Shown one piece after another: positions 27,920 through 38,748 of a stretch of 64,000 nt of DNA. Position 1 is the first letter of the stretch. Every line of letters begins with the position of its first letter. The position numbers and the translations under genes were made by a program. The notes below the pieces were generated by a model, which saw only the letters and a program-made list of their open reading frames with translations, was not told the origin of the DNA and ran no database searches. Source of the stretch: Escherichia coli (GTDB lineage Bacteria; Pseudomonadota; Gammaproteobacteria; Enterobacterales; Enterobacteriaceae); NCBI RefSeq assembly GCF_013315695.1, contig NZ_CP054353.1; one strand, given 5' to 3'.

Positions 27920-28189
27920 AGAGAAACTAACCATTAAAAACGAATATCTATAAGCATCTCAATTCTGGCGTTTTACACCATCACACGCAATGCAAAGGAG
28001 CAATGTATGAATTTATTTCAACAGTCCATGTTGTATTTCAGTGCTGCAGTATGCGTCATATGGGTGTGATAAGGCAGACAGAACTTCCGGAACAAAAAAC
28101 AAATAAGGCAGCAGTAAGAAAAGCAGCTGGCGGTACAACTAACCGATCCTGAAATAGCCTGCCATACACAACAAACAGACGGTGTTTTT

Positions 28190-28660
28190 ATGCTGAAAAT
28201 GAACTCATTACGCGAAGCACTGACCAGCAACTGCCGGTGGTGCAAAGCCAATCCGGAAAAATTCACGGTATTCACTGAGTCCGGAGGCATTGAGACCACC
28301 GCAGAAAGACCGTCATTTCTGTATCGCTACAACCTGGTCGTTTTCATCATGGATTTCACGGAAAGCATCGACAACATCATGCTGCCGGTAATGGCGTGGC
28401 TGTACCGCAACCAGCCTGACCTGCTGCTTAATCCGGAGAAGAACAAAAGCATTAAATTTTCGACGGCCATTAACGACGATGACAGCGCCGATATCCTGCT
28501 GGAAATCCCGGTATGGGAACGCGTGATTGTACGCCGCAACGATGACGGCACGGTAACGGCAGAGCATATCGGTGAGCCACCGATAAGCCGGGCACTGGAA
28601 GCATGGCGAGTGGTCTTTGAAGACATGACATGGAAAACCGCAGAAGAGGCCGGGGCATGA
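28190..28660 (+). CDS. gpR: Tail completion protein (P2 gpR family)
   Basis: MLKMNSLREALT... compared with P2 R MLKPDSLRRALT.... Confidence 0.88.
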   Translation: MLKMNSLREALTSNCRWCKANPEKFTVFTESGGIETTAERPSFLYRYNLVVFIMDFTESIDNIMLPVMAWLYRNQPDLLLNPEKNKSIKFSTAINDDDSADILLEIPVWERVIVRRNDDGTVTAEHIGEPPISRALEAWRVVFEDMTWKTAEEAGA

Positions 28661-29292
28661 GAGACGCTCACGAACTGGATGCCATCTTTCAGGATATTCT
28701 TTCCGGCCTGTCGGCTGCTGGCATTCAGCGCACAGCAATGAACGTGGGTAAGATTATCCGGCAGCAACAGGCCAGGCGCATCAGAAACCAGGTATCCCCG
28801 GAAGGCCAGCCCTGGGAGAAACGAAAACGCCGCATAATGCGTATACAAAAAGGCGTGAAGTTTATCTGGAAAGACGGACAGGTGAGAAACCTGAAAAACT
28901 GGAGCACATCCCGGGGACGGTTCGGGCAGAAAATTACCGGCTACGATACAGACACCGGGGGTATCCGGACGTTTTACAAAGCGGATATCGAAGATTACCT
29001 GGAAATTAACACTCTGCGTGTTGGCGCGAAAACAACTCGCCCTTCCCCCATGTTTGAAAAGCTGAGAACGCCGCGCTTCATGAAAATAACCCCGGCTCCT
29101 GACGGCGTAAGCGTTGGGTTTCAGGGGCGGGCCGCGCGTATTGCCAGGGTACATCAGTTCGGAGAAGTGAGCCTGGTATCACCCGGGAACGCCACGAAAT
29201 ACCCCGTGCGCGAGCTGCTGGGCCTGAACGGGAAAGACAAACAGCAAATCACAGAAACCGTGATAGCCGGACTGGGGAAAGCGACGAAATGA
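28657..29292 (+). CDS. gpS: Virion morphogenesis/tail completion protein (P2 gpS family)
   Basis: Start MRDAHELD via an ATGA overlap with R. Position and size match P2 S. Confidence 0.8.
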   Translation: MRDAHELDAIFQDILSGLSAAGIQRTAMNVGKIIRQQQARRIRNQVSPEGQPWEKRKRRIMRIQKGVKFIWKDGQVRNLKNWSTSRGRFGQKITGYDTDTGGIRTFYKADIEDYLEINTLRVGAKTTRPSPMFEKLRTPRFMKITPAPDGVSVGFQGRAARIARVHQFGEVSLVSPGNATKYPVRELLGLNGKDKQQITETVIAGLGKATK

Positions 29293-29870
29293 ACATCGAG
29301 CTTATGCGACTGCTGCACAACATTGTCCGCATTGGCGTGGTCACAGAAATCAACACCGACAACTGGGAGGTTCGCGTGCAGAGCGGCGGACTGACCACCA
29401 ACTGGATCAGATGGAACTGCGGGCGGGCCGGAAAATTCAGAATCTGGATCCCGCCATCACCGGGCGAACAGGTGCTTATCCTGTGCCCCGGCGGCAACCC
29501 GGAAACCGCCGTCAGCGCGGGTAGCCTGTACAGTAATGACAACCCACCGCCGGACTCGCTGGAAAACGAAATGGTCATCACCGCACCGGACGGTGCAGTG
29601 TTTCGCTATAACGCACAGGAAAGCGCGCTGACTGCAACAGGCATTAAAACCGCAACCATCACAGCGGAAACCCGCATCACGCTGGACACGCCAAGGGTGG
29701 AATGCACGCAGCACCTGAAGGCAAAAACATTCGAGCTGACCGAAGGCGGGAAGATGACCGGTAACATCACGCACACCGGAGGAAGCCTGACCTCCAACGG
29801 CATCACGGTACACAGCCACGTACACGGCGGAGTCAGAAGCGGCGGAGACACAAGCGGAGGTCCACAGTGA
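29289..29870 (+). CDS. gpV: Baseplate spike/assembly protein (P2 gpV family)
   Basis: 193 aa, with a C-terminal HSHVHGGV...GG motif typical of spike apex proteins. Confidence 0.88.
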   Translation: MNIELMRLLHNIVRIGVVTEINTDNWEVRVQSGGLTTNWIRWNCGRAGKFRIWIPPSPGEQVLILCPGGNPETAVSAGSLYSNDNPPPDSLENEMVITAPDGAVFRYNAQESALTATGIKTATITAETRITLDTPRVECTQHLKAKTFELTEGGKMTGNITHTGGSLTSNGITVHSHVHGGVRSGGDTSGGPQ

Positions 29871-30235
29871 GCATTGACTACACCGGCATGAATCCGCACG
29901 GCACGGGAACAATTTCAGGGCACGAACACCTGAAGAACGCCATCATGGACATCATCATGACACCTGTCGGAACACGCGTCATGAGACGGGACTATGGCAG
30001 CCTGGTTCCCGGACTCATCGACAGCCCGATGAATGATGTAACCCGCCTTCAGTGCATGAGTGCAGCTGTAATAGCAATCAGCCGCTGGGAGCCGCGCGTG
30101 GCCGTGAGCGCCGTTGATGTGGCATGGGATAAACAGGGGCGGGCCATGCTGTCCCTGAACTGCCTGATTGTAAACACCATGGAAAAACTGGAGTTTTCTG
30201 TAGAGATGGGAGGAAAGGCGGATGCCGGCCATTGA
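29867..30235 (+). CDS. gpW: Baseplate wedge protein (P2 gpW / gp25-like)
   Basis: 122 aa with the pattern GTRVMRRDYGS. Confidence 0.88.
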   Translation: MSIDYTGMNPHGTGTISGHEHLKNAIMDIIMTPVGTRVMRRDYGSLVPGLIDSPMNDVTRLQCMSAAVIAISRWEPRVAVSAVDVAWDKQGRAMLSLNCLIVNTMEKLEFSVEMGGKADAGH

Positions 30236-31118
30236 TTTATCTGAACTGCCAAAACCGAACGTTATCGAAACGCTGGATTACGAGGTGATACTGGCAGAAA
30301 CGAAAGCATTCATCACCGGTCTTTACCCGGCAGAAATGCAGGCAGCCGTCACTGCCGCAATGACGCTGGAATCAGAACCCCTGAACATTATTGCCCAGGG
30401 CATGGCTTTTCGTGAGCTCATTATTCGCCAGAGAATCAATGACGCCGCAGGTGCCGTTTTGCTGAGCCATGCGGTATCCACAGACCTGGATCATGTTGCC
30501 GCGAACCTGAACACCATTCGCCTTGTCACCACACCTGCAACAGATACCCGTGACGCCATCATGGAAAGTGATACCGCTCTGCGTCTTCGGGCACAGTCTG
30601 CCTTTGACGGACTGAGTGTTGCCGGACCGGCAGGTGCATATGAGTATTTTGCCCGAAGTGTGAGCGGAAGCATTGCCGATGTAAGGGCGACGAGCCCATC
30701 CCCCGCCCAGGTCACCGTGGCAGTATTGTCCACTGACGGCGACGGCAGAGCTTCCGAAGACTTGATCGAAAAAGTCAGAACCGCACTGAGCGCGGAGGAC
30801 GTCCGCCCGGTGGGAGACCGTCTTACCGTAAAGAGCGCTGAAATCATTAACTACCAAATCAACGCCAGACTCTATTTTTATCCGGGACCGGAATCAGAGC
30901 CGATACTGAATGCGGCAAAAAACAACCTGGAAGCCTGGATCAGGGAGCAAAGAAAGATAGGCCGTGACGTTGCGCTTTCGGCCATCATGGCGGTACTGCA
31001 TGTTCAGGGGGTTCAGCGGGTGGAGCTGATTGAGCCAAAGCAAAACATTACCGTCAGTGATGTGCAGTCAGCCTATTGCACGTCATTCAATGTAAGCACC
31101 GGGGGAACCAATGAATAA
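30222..31118 (+). CDS. gpJ: Baseplate protein (P2 gpJ family)
   Basis: 298 aa, in the conserved order. Confidence 0.88.
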   Translation: MPAIDLSELPKPNVIETLDYEVILAETKAFITGLYPAEMQAAVTAAMTLESEPLNIIAQGMAFRELIIRQRINDAAGAVLLSHAVSTDLDHVAANLNTIRLVTTPATDTRDAIMESDTALRLRAQSAFDGLSVAGPAGAYEYFARSVSGSIADVRATSPSPAQVTVAVLSTDGDGRASEDLIEKVRTALSAEDVRPVGDRLTVKSAEIINYQINARLYFYPGPESEPILNAAKNNLEAWIREQRKIGRDVALSAIMAVLHVQGVQRVELIEPKQNITVSDVQSAYCTSFNVSTGGTNE

Positions 31119-31644
31119 GACATCATTGCTGCCCCCTTCCGCCACAGAATTCATACGCAAAGCAGAGCGTGGCGGTGAACGGTTAATGGCGCTGCCCGTC
31201 GGTATTCGCCATCTCTGGGATCCTGACTCATGCCCCGTGCAGCTGCTGCCTTATCTGGCATGGGCGTTGTCGGTTGACAGATGGGATCAGAACTGGCCGG
31301 AGGAAACCAAGCGGCAGGTCATTCGCGATTCATGGGATATTCACCGGCATAAAGGCACCATCAAAGCCATTCGCCGGGTTGTTGAGCCGTTTGGTTATGT
31401 GATCAGGGTAACCGAATGGTGGGAAACCAACGAAACACCAGGAACATTCCGGCTGGATATCGGCGTACTGGATATCGGGATCACCGAAGAGATGTACAGG
31501 GAAGTCGAACGCCTGGTGGCCGACGCGCGCCCGGTCAGTCGCCACCTGATCGGCCTGAACATCATTCAGGACGTACCGGGTTACATGTACACCGGCGGCA
31601 TCGCCTACGACGGCGACATCATTACAATTTATCCGGCAGAGTAG
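31111..31644 (+). CDS. gpI: Baseplate/tail protein (P2 gpI family)
   Basis: 177 aa, with LLPYLAWALSVD as in P2 I. Confidence 0.88.
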   Translation: MNKTSLLPPSATEFIRKAERGGERLMALPVGIRHLWDPDSCPVQLLPYLAWALSVDRWDQNWPEETKRQVIRDSWDIHRHKGTIKAIRRVVEPFGYVIRVTEWWETNETPGTFRLDIGVLDIGITEEMYREVERLVADARPVSRHLIGLNIIQDVPGYMYTGGIAYDGDIITIYPAE

Positions 31645-31650
31645 AGCACT

Positions 31651-34632
31651 ATGAGCGTGAAATTTAAAACTGTGATCACTAAAAGCGGCGCAGCAAAAAT
31701 CGCCGCAGCGACCAGCGCATCAGGAAAAAAAGTCAACATCACGCACATGGCCGTTGGTGATGGTGACGGTAATTTACCTACCCCCTCCTCATCCCAGAAA
31801 AAACTTATTCGTGAGGTCTGGCGCGGCACACCAAATAAGGTCGTTCAGGACAGCAAAAAACCAAACCAGATTATTGCTGAGCTGGTCATCCCTCCTGATG
31901 CCGGTGGATTCTGGATGCGTGAAATTGGGTTGTTTGATGACTCGGGAACGCTGATCGCTGTTGCCAATATGGCCGAAAGCTACAAACCGCTGCTGTCTGA
32001 AGGTTCCGGCAGGGCGATGACATGCCGCATGGTTATTGTCATCAGCGATGTAAGCGCGGTGAAGGTGTCTGTGGACACCACGACGATTATGGCAACCCAG
32101 GATTACGTTGATGATAAAATCGCTGAGCATGAGCAGTCGCGCCGACATCCCGATGCCACCCTGACCCAGAAAGGCTTCACCCAACTGGACAGCTCGGTAA
32201 ACAGTAGCAGTGAGGCGAAAGCTGCAACACCAAAAGCAGTAAAAACACTGAACGATACAAAGGCCCCGCTGAACAGCCCTAAGCTGACCGGAACACCGAC
32301 TGCCCCCACGGCAGCAAAAGGGGTCAACAACACCCAGATAGCGACAACCGCTTACGTGATGGCAGCAATCGCTAATTTAGTGGACTCATCACCGGACGCC
32401 CTGAATACGCTGAACGAGCTGGCGCAGGCGCTGGGAGATGACCCAAACTTTTCTGCCACCATGACAAAGGCACTGGCCGGAAAGCAACCCCTTGACGCCA
32501 CGCTGACAGCAATAGCAGCACTGGCTACAGCAGCTGATAAACTGCCTTACTTCACCGGAAGCGACAAGGCAGCACTGACAGCGCTGACGAAAGTTGGCCG
32601 GGACATTCTCGGGAAGGCATCCGTCAGTGAGGTCATTACATACCTGGGCCTCACTAACACCATCACGCAGGCATCGGGCGCACTTCAGAAAGCACAGAAC
32701 GGTAAAGACATCCCGAATAAAGCAACTTTTCTGACGAACATTGGCGTTACCAGCCAGACATTCATGAAGCACAACGGAGAACTGCCCGAAGATGCGGACC
32801 TGAATACCTATGGCCCGGTTGCGGCAACACTGGGAACATGGGGAAAAGCCTCATCAACCAATGCAACGATCGCTAAAAATTTCCCGGAAGAGAGCGCTGT
32901 GGGGATACTGGAAGTCCTTACTGGCGGATCATTTAACGGAACGCAAAGGTACACCTGCCGCAGCGGGAATATTTATGTTCGGACCCTGACCGCCAGATGG
33001 AACGGTACAAACGGACCATGGGGAGTGTGGCGAAACGTACAGATGGCGACCAGGCCACTTAGCACAACCATTGATCTGAATACCCTGGGGAATGCAGGTG
33101 ATATCGGCATATGGAGGAACAGTAACGCCAGTATTGCTTCATTCACCAGAAACTACCCCGAAGAAGGCAATAATGCCCAGGGGATTCTCGAGCTTATGGA
33201 AGGGGGTGCGTATGGGCGAACCCAGCGCTACACGACCATTCTCGGGAACGTGTATATTCGCACCCTTACAACAACATGGGACGCGTCCGCGCCGAAATGG
33301 GGAGGGTGGCACAGAGTCGGACATCAGTCTGACGGGGCATATCGTGATGATGACCTGAACACCATGAAAACGCCGGGCATTTACAGTGTGACCAACAAGG
33401 CAAAAAACGGCCCCATGAAGAGCGGAAATGAAAATTTGCTGGGGATCCTTGAAGTCATAAGGCGACTGGATGGCAGAACCTTTGTGCAGCGTTACACCAC
33501 AGCCGGAACGGCGACACTGACCCGGGGGCGATCTTTTGAAAGAACCTTCAGCGGTGACGCCTGGACAGAATGGCGGGAAATCTATAACTCATTCAGTCTT
33601 GCCCAGAGTCTGGGGATGGGTCGTGCGGTAGCAAGACTATCCAGCCTGGACTGGCAGACCTACGACTTTGTACCTGGCAGTTTGATCACCGTTCGGCTGG
33701 ATGACATGACCAACATTCCTGACAGCATGGACTGGGGGGTTATCGATGGCAACATAATAAATATTGCCGTTGGCCCGAGTGAGGATTCAGGTTCTGGCAG
33801 GTCAGTAATGGTATGGCGCGGTACAGTAAGTAAAGCGAACTACCGTTTCTTTATGGCACGAATTGCCGGGAATCCGGGAAATCGCACGATCACAACAAGA
33901 CGAGTACCAATTATTGATGAAGCCCAGACGTGGGGGGCAAAACAGATATTCAGTTCTGGCCTTTCAGGTGAGTTATCCGGCAACGCATCAACTGCAACAA
34001 AACTTAAAACCGCTCGCAAGATTAACGGCGTTGCGTTTGATGGTTCGGCAAATATTGAAGCGTTTCCCCCCGGCGTTCCACTGCCGTGGCCATCAGATAC
34101 ACCACCTGCTGGCTATGCCATTATGCAGGGGCAAACCTTCGACAAGGCAAAATACCCGAAACTTGCCATTGCCTACCCGTCAGGAAAGCTTCCTGATATG
34201 CGGGGATGGACAATCAAGGGGAAACCCGCCAGCGGTCGGGCGGTATTATCGCAGGAGCAGGACGGTATTAAATCGCATACCCATACGGCCAGCGTGTCAA
34301 AGACCGATCTGGGTTCGAAAACGACCAGTTCATTTAATTATGGAACCAAAACAACCAGCACAGGCGGGAGACACGAGCATGATGTTCCGCTCAAGTATCA
34401 GAACGGTGGCGGTGTAAACTTTGACTGGCTGGACGGAGCATCAAACAGTGGTGTTATTGCATACGGTAAAGTACCTGCCGCCGGTGAACACACCCACACC
34501 GTGGCAATCGGGGAGCACACTCATACCGTCCCATTGGGATCACACGGGCACGGCGTGACCGTTAACGCCACAGGCAACACGGAAAACACCGTGAAAAACA
34601 TTGCGTTTAACTACATCGTGAGGCTTGCATAA
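31651..34632 (+). CDS. gpH: Tail fiber protein (P2 gpH family, long variant)
   Basis: 993 aa. Conserved N-terminus ([20 protein letters not shown]...) and a C-terminal HxH-repeat receptor-binding tip ([25 protein letters not shown]). Confidence 0.92.
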   Translation: MSVKFKTVITKSGAAKIAAATSASGKKVNITHMAVGDGDGNLPTPSSSQKKLIREVWRGTPNKVVQDSKKPNQIIAELVIPPDAGGFWMREIGLFDDSGTLIAVANMAESYKPLLSEGSGRAMTCRMVIVISDVSAVKVSVDTTTIMATQDYVDDKIAEHEQSRRHPDATLTQKGFTQLDSSVNSSSEAKAATPKAVKTLNDTKAPLNSPKLTGTPTAPTAAKGVNNTQIATTAYVMAAIANLVDSSPDALNTLNELAQALGDDPNFSATMTKALAGKQPLDATLTAIAALATAADKLPYFTGSDKAALTALTKVGRDILGKASVSEVITYLGLTNTITQASGALQKAQNGKDIPNKATFLTNIGVTSQTFMKHNGELPEDADLNTYGPVAATLGTWGKASSTNATIAKNFPEESAVGILEVLTGGSFNGTQRYTCRSGNIYVRTLTARWNGTNGPWGVWRNVQMATRPLSTTIDLNTLGNAGDIGIWRNSNASIASFTRNYPEEGNNAQGILELMEGGAYGRTQRYTTILGNVYIRTLTTTWDASAPKWGGWHRVGHQSDGAYRDDDLNTMKTPGIYSVTNKAKNGPMKSGNENLLGILEVIRRLDGRTFVQRYTTAGTATLTRGRSFERTFSGDAWTEWREIYNSFSLAQSLGMGRAVARLSSLDWQTYDFVPGSLITVRLDDMTNIPDSMDWGVIDGNIINIAVGPSEDSGSGRSVMVWRGTVSKANYRFFMARIAGNPGNRTITTRRVPIIDEAQTWGAKQIFSSGLSGELSGNASTATKLKTARKINGVAFDGSANIEAFPPGVPLPWPSDTPPAGYAIMQGQTFDKAKYPKLAIAYPSGKLPDMRGWTIKGKPASGRAVLSQEQDGIKSHTHTASVSKTDLGSKTTSSFNYGTKTTSTGGRHEHDVPLKYQNGGGVNFDWLDGASNSGVIAYGKVPAAGEHTHTVAIGEHTHTVPLGSHGHGVTVNATGNTENTVKNIAFNYIVRLA

Positions 34633-35378
34633 TGACCTTTACAATGGAAGACGAAGCCAGAATGCTTCACGTATTTCATATTCACCCGGAAACCAGCGAA
34701 CTGACTGGAGAAAGCGACGTATATATCCCACCGTATACCGGGTTGCCCGCAGGCTGTACGACGACCGAGCCGCCACATATCCCGGAAGGGTTCGTGGCGC
34801 TTTTTGATGACGTGCGCCAGCGCTGGGAGCTTGCAGAAGATCACCGGGGAAAAGTGGTGTGGAATACGGCATCCGGGGATGAGATCGCAATTACGGAAAT
34901 CGGACCGCTACCTGAAAATACAACAACGGCAGCCCCGTCAACAGCCGCAGACAAGTTTATTGATGGCGAGTGGAGAGAAGATCGCAGTCTGGCAATCAGC
35001 ATAAAAAATAACGAGATAAACGAATGGCGAAGCACCATGGAAGCCGCGAATTACGTTTTCACGTTCAATGGTCGTAGCTGGGATTACGGAAAAGAAACCC
35101 AGTCCCGGCTGGATCCATCAGTGACAGCCGCAAAGTCCGGGTTATTACCGGAGGGATTTTTCTGGACGGATGCCGATAACAACGATATCCCGGTTACCGC
35201 AGATGAATTGATCGCACTGAGCAATGCTGCATCTGCTGCAATGTTTACCAAGGGAATGGAAATACATATCCGGCAACGGGAAATGAAAAAAGCCATAGAG
35301 GAATTACAGGACCCCGGCGAAATCATGGCATACCCGGTGGGATGGAAAACAGATACCGGAGACGGTGCCGGTGAGTGA
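34632..35378 (+). CDS. gpG: Tail fiber assembly chaperone (gpG/Tfa-like, extended)
   Basis: 248 aa with a Tfa-like N-terminus (IPPYTGLPAGCTTTEPP). Overlaps the H stop. Confidence 0.8.
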   Translation: MTFTMEDEARMLHVFHIHPETSELTGESDVYIPPYTGLPAGCTTTEPPHIPEGFVALFDDVRQRWELAEDHRGKVVWNTASGDEIAITEIGPLPENTTTAAPSTAADKFIDGEWREDRSLAISIKNNEINEWRSTMEAANYVFTFNGRSWDYGKETQSRLDPSVTAAKSGLLPEGFFWTDADNNDIPVTADELIALSNAASAAMFTKGMEIHIRQREMKKAIEELQDPGEIMAYPVGWKTDTGDGAGE

Positions 35379-35383
35379 AAGTT

Positions 35384-35408
35384 AAAACGCCCGACTGACG
35401 GGCGTTTT
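35384..35408. terminator. Bidirectional terminator between convergent G and U
   Basis: aaaacgcccg-actga-cgggcgtttt, perfect 10-bp arms. Confidence 0.8.
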
Positions 35409-35410
35409 AA

Positions 35411-35878
35411 TTATCTTACCAGCGCCAGCGCAGAACTGATGCCGGACTTAATATTATTTGTCAGATCTCCCAGAGATGAAGACTGAAGACGTTCGCGGAG
35501 ATCTTCATTCACACGCTGAAAGGTCACCGTAAACTCAATCTTCCGCGCCTTGCCATAGCGATCAAGCTCTGAACGCGTGGTATTCAGAGCGGTAATAACG
35601 TACATACCGTAAATCTGCCCGACACCATCAATCAGCGGCCATGGACGTCCAGCATACGCCTGAGTTGTCAGCGCGGTAAGTGAGACTTCACCGCCTGTAA
35701 TTTCCGGGTAGAGAAGACCGGAAAGCGTGATGGTATCGTCACCCGCGCCGATATACTGCCAGCTGGCCGAGCGATTGATTCGCTCATTCTTCACGTGGCG
35801 CCAGTTACGGGACTGCTGTATTTGTTGGTGTGGCAGCGTGCTTAACTGAAAAACAAACATGCCGTAAATCATCATCAT
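35411..35878 (-). CDS. gpU: Tail protein (P2 gpU family)
   Basis: MMMIYGMFVFQLSTLPHQQIQ... compared with P2 U MMMVLGLFVFMLRTVPYQELQ. aggag SD. Confidence 0.9.
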   Translation of the reverse strand: MMMIYGMFVFQLSTLPHQQIQQSRNWRHVKNERINRSASWQYIGAGDDTITLSGLLYPEITGGEVSLTALTTQAYAGRPWPLIDGVGQIYGMYVITALNTTRSELDRYGKARKIEFTVTFQRVNEDLRERLQSSSLGDLTNNIKSGISSALALVR

Positions 35879-35889
35879 AATCACCACTC

Positions 35890-38748
35890 CTAATCACGAT
35901 CGCGGAAGCTGTTCATCCCGGCGGATTGTCTGCGAATTTCTTCCCGTACAGCCTCCCCCACCATTCTGGCAAGGTCGCGCGGGTTCTGCGTCGCCACGTT
36001 GTGAAGATGAACGTGGATTTCCCCACCGAACACAGACGACGGTTCAGGAGAGCGCGAAGCCTCCCGGGTAGCCGGGGAGACTGGCGCCCACTGCTTAACC
36101 TCCACGGAACGGGAAGCATCCCGGGAGACCTCCGGAGGCACAGGCGAAACCGGAGGCATAACCGGTAGTCCTGGCGCAACAGTCGGCTCATTCCACTGCC
36201 CGCGAACAGCCAGCGCACGGGGGAGGTTTTTAAACACGATATCGCCGGGACCGATACGCTTGCGGGCTTCATGAAGCATGCCCGACGTATTACCCTCGAT
36301 ACCTTTAAGCCTGCGAAGAACGGCGCTGTTACCGCTGGTTATGCCGGGGGGATTGCTGGTTTTACCGTCATTCTGTGGATTACCATTCCCGTTGTTATTA
36401 TTGCTGACAGGAGCGGCCGGAGTGGGTACCCAGGACTTCTGAACCATTTTTTTCTGAACAGGGTCCCACTCCCACATAACCGGAGCCTTTGCAACTGCCT
36501 CAGCACGATTTTTCGCCCGCTCAACTTCAGAAGGGAGCACGCCGAGTTTTTCCAGCACCCATGCCAGGCCGTCCATCAACGCCTGAAGAGGAGTAAGCGC
36601 AAGCGATATCGCCCCGCTGAGCACGCGACCAAAAGTTTCCCCGACCGAGGCACACCGTTCAAGAGATTCATGGCTGGTCTGAACAGGTGTGAGTAACCGC
36701 CTGAACCAGTCATACACCGTGGACACCGCACCCGATACCAGATCAAACAGCGGCGCAAACTGAGCAACACCTTCACGAACAGGCGCAAGGCCAGCCCACA
36801 GCGCCCGGAATGTTCCGAGCATAAAAGCCTTAACCTGTTCCCAGTGACGCCATATGAGCAGCGCTCCACCGGCAAGGGCAGCAACCACGAGACCAACAGG
36901 ACTGAGAAGACCGGCAAGCGCCCCGCCCAGCACTGAAACCGCACCGGATACCATCCCCCACAGTGCCGGAAGGCCAGACAGGCGAAGGGCAAGACCACCA
37001 ACGCCAGTTGCAACAGAGGAAAACCCGCCACCAAGAAGCGCAGAGCCAAGCTGAAGTTTTGCAAAAATACCGGTCAGCACCCCGGAGGTCAGGGACAACG
37101 CCCCAAGGGCTGTCGTGGCCGCAAGAACACCACCGGCAACAATCGCCAGAGTACGCACCAGTTGCGGATTATCCTGAACCCATCCTCTGAGCCGTTCACC
37201 CCATGATACCGCTACCTGAACAAGTTCGCGGAGGTCATCGGTGACAAGGGCAACGACATCACTGCGTATACCGGAGAAGACACCAGACAGGCGATCGGCA
37301 TCACCGCCAAGGTTATCCCGCAGAACATCACCCATACGCCGGGCGGTTCCCTGCACCTGCCCCATACGGTCAGACACCGTTGCCAGCGAGCGGAGAAAAT
37401 CCGGGATCTGATCAACGGCCAGATCTTCGATGGGTGTGCCGAACAGCGCTATCGCCGCATTGGCTCGTTCCGCAGGATCCTGAATCTTCAGCAGCCCGGC
37501 AGCCGTTCGCTGCATTGCCTCGCGAGCAGCCGCGCCTCCGCTGGCAATCGCTGACAACATTTTTTCCGCATTAAGGCCAATCAGCCCATAAGCCTCAACG
37601 CTTGCTTTGGACATATCCGAGCCACGAATACTGAATTCCTTGACGGCATCGCCGGTTTTATCCAGGGCGAATTTCCCCTGCTGCGCCATGCTGACAAGCA
37701 GCGTCATGGTTTCAGAGCCGGAGAGCCCCATATTGCGGAAATGCGTGGAATACTCATGCAGAATTTCAGGAAGTTCGCCGCGCATTTCGGCGGACATTTT
37801 CTGCATGCCTGCCGCCATCAGGTCCACGGCCTCACCTGCATTTGCAGCGAGACCGTTTTTCAGCATGATGCCGGCCGCCTGAACCTGTTCAGCCACATTA
37901 CCGCCGGTGACCTGAGCAAGATCGATTGCCTGCCGTGTCACCCTCTCTAGTTCTTCAGTCCCTACAGTACCCAGTGCGCCAAGCGTGCTTTGCGCCGCAG
38001 CTGCCGCTTCGGAAATCATCGCGATATCCGTAGCCGCACCTGACGCACGGATGTTCTGAATCATACGGCTGTAGCGCTGGCCGTCTTCTGCGCTGCCTCC
38101 ACTCTGTGCCGCAATGAGCGCACCCTGCCGTTGCTCTTCAACAACAGGTGCAACCGCACGTCCGGCGGCGTACAGACCAGCACTGCCCGCTGCCATGGCA
38201 AGCGCACCGCGCTGGCTGAGTTTACCGGCGATATCCTGAACACGATCGTAACGTTGTTGTGCCTGCGTGACGCGCGCAAGCTGAGCCTGCTGGCGCTCAA
38301 GCTGATCGTTGTATTCCTGCGTTCGCCTGATTGCTTCTTCAGTGGTGCGGTTACTTCCGTCCGCCCGTATACCGTGAGACTCCAGCTCACGACCGGCTTC
38401 CCGTAGCCGGGACTGGTGAAGGGCGTAAACGGTATTAAGACGCTCAATCTTTGCAGTCAGTGAGCGGATAGCTTCCTGCTGTTTTTCCGTCAGTGTCGTG
38501 CCAGTACGCTGGACCTCCAGGAGGCGCTGAAGTCGCCCACGCGCCTCGTTCAGGCTGTTTTCAGTCGAGGCAACCTGCTGACGGGCACGGGAAAACGCAT
38601 CACTGCTTCGCTGGAGTGACTTAAGAGCGTTCTGCGTGGAGGAAAGAGATTCGGAAAGCGCGCCGGTCATTTCCCGGGCGCGCCTGACGGGTTGGGTGAG
38701 ACGGTCGACCGCAGTGAGGGCTACACGTATCTGGAGATTATTACTCAT
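35890..38748 (-). CDS. gpT: Tail tape measure protein (P2 gpT family)
   Basis: About 952 aa from MSNNLQIRVALTAV. Long coiled-coil and Ala/Gly-rich TM-like segments. Confidence 0.92.
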   Translation of the reverse strand: MSNNLQIRVALTAVDRLTQPVRRAREMTGALSESLSSTQNALKSLQRSSDAFSRARQQVASTENSLNEARGRLQRLLEVQRTGTTLTEKQQEAIRSLTAKIERLNTVYALHQSRLREAGRELESHGIRADGSNRTTEEAIRRTQEYNDQLERQQAQLARVTQAQQRYDRVQDIAGKLSQRGALAMAAGSAGLYAAGRAVAPVVEEQRQGALIAAQSGGSAEDGQRYSRMIQNIRASGAATDIAMISEAAAAAQSTLGALGTVGTEELERVTRQAIDLAQVTGGNVAEQVQAAGIMLKNGLAANAGEAVDLMAAGMQKMSAEMRGELPEILHEYSTHFRNMGLSGSETMTLLVSMAQQGKFALDKTGDAVKEFSIRGSDMSKASVEAYGLIGLNAEKMLSAIASGGAAAREAMQRTAAGLLKIQDPAERANAAIALFGTPIEDLAVDQIPDFLRSLATVSDRMGQVQGTARRMGDVLRDNLGGDADRLSGVFSGIRSDVVALVTDDLRELVQVAVSWGERLRGWVQDNPQLVRTLAIVAGGVLAATTALGALSLTSGVLTGIFAKLQLGSALLGGGFSSVATGVGGLALRLSGLPALWGMVSGAVSVLGGALAGLLSPVGLVVAALAGGALLIWRHWEQVKAFMLGTFRALWAGLAPVREGVAQFAPLFDLVSGAVSTVYDWFRRLLTPVQTSHESLERCASVGETFGRVLSGAISLALTPLQALMDGLAWVLEKLGVLPSEVERAKNRAEAVAKAPVMWEWDPVQKKMVQKSWVPTPAAPVSNNNNGNGNPQNDGKTSNPPGITSGNSAVLRRLKGIEGNTSGMLHEARKRIGPGDIVFKNLPRALAVRGQWNEPTVAPGLPVMPPVSPVPPEVSRDASRSVEVKQWAPVSPATREASRSPEPSSVFGGEIHVHLHNVATQNPRDLARMVGEAVREEIRRQSAGMNSFRDRD

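Noticed and set aside
28065-28082. Possible Ogr late-promoter box upstream of gpR.
   Set aside because: It reads TGT-N12-AGA (or TGT-N10-ACA), not the TGT-N12-ACA seen at the other two boxes, and lacks the (C/G)ATGAT hexamer at the +44 offset. It is kept only as a remark under the esterase finding.
28327-29154. 275-aa minus-strand ORF, plus 28313..28738 and 28018..28299.
   Set aside because: They are antisense to the gpR/gpS homologues, with Arg/Ser/Pro-rich composition and no independent support.
31651-35378. Invertible tail-fiber (Gin/Cin-type) shufflon at the H-G region.
   Set aside because: No invertase gene is present, no inverted crossover repeats flank the H 3' end, and there is no alternative fiber C-terminus on the opposite strand.
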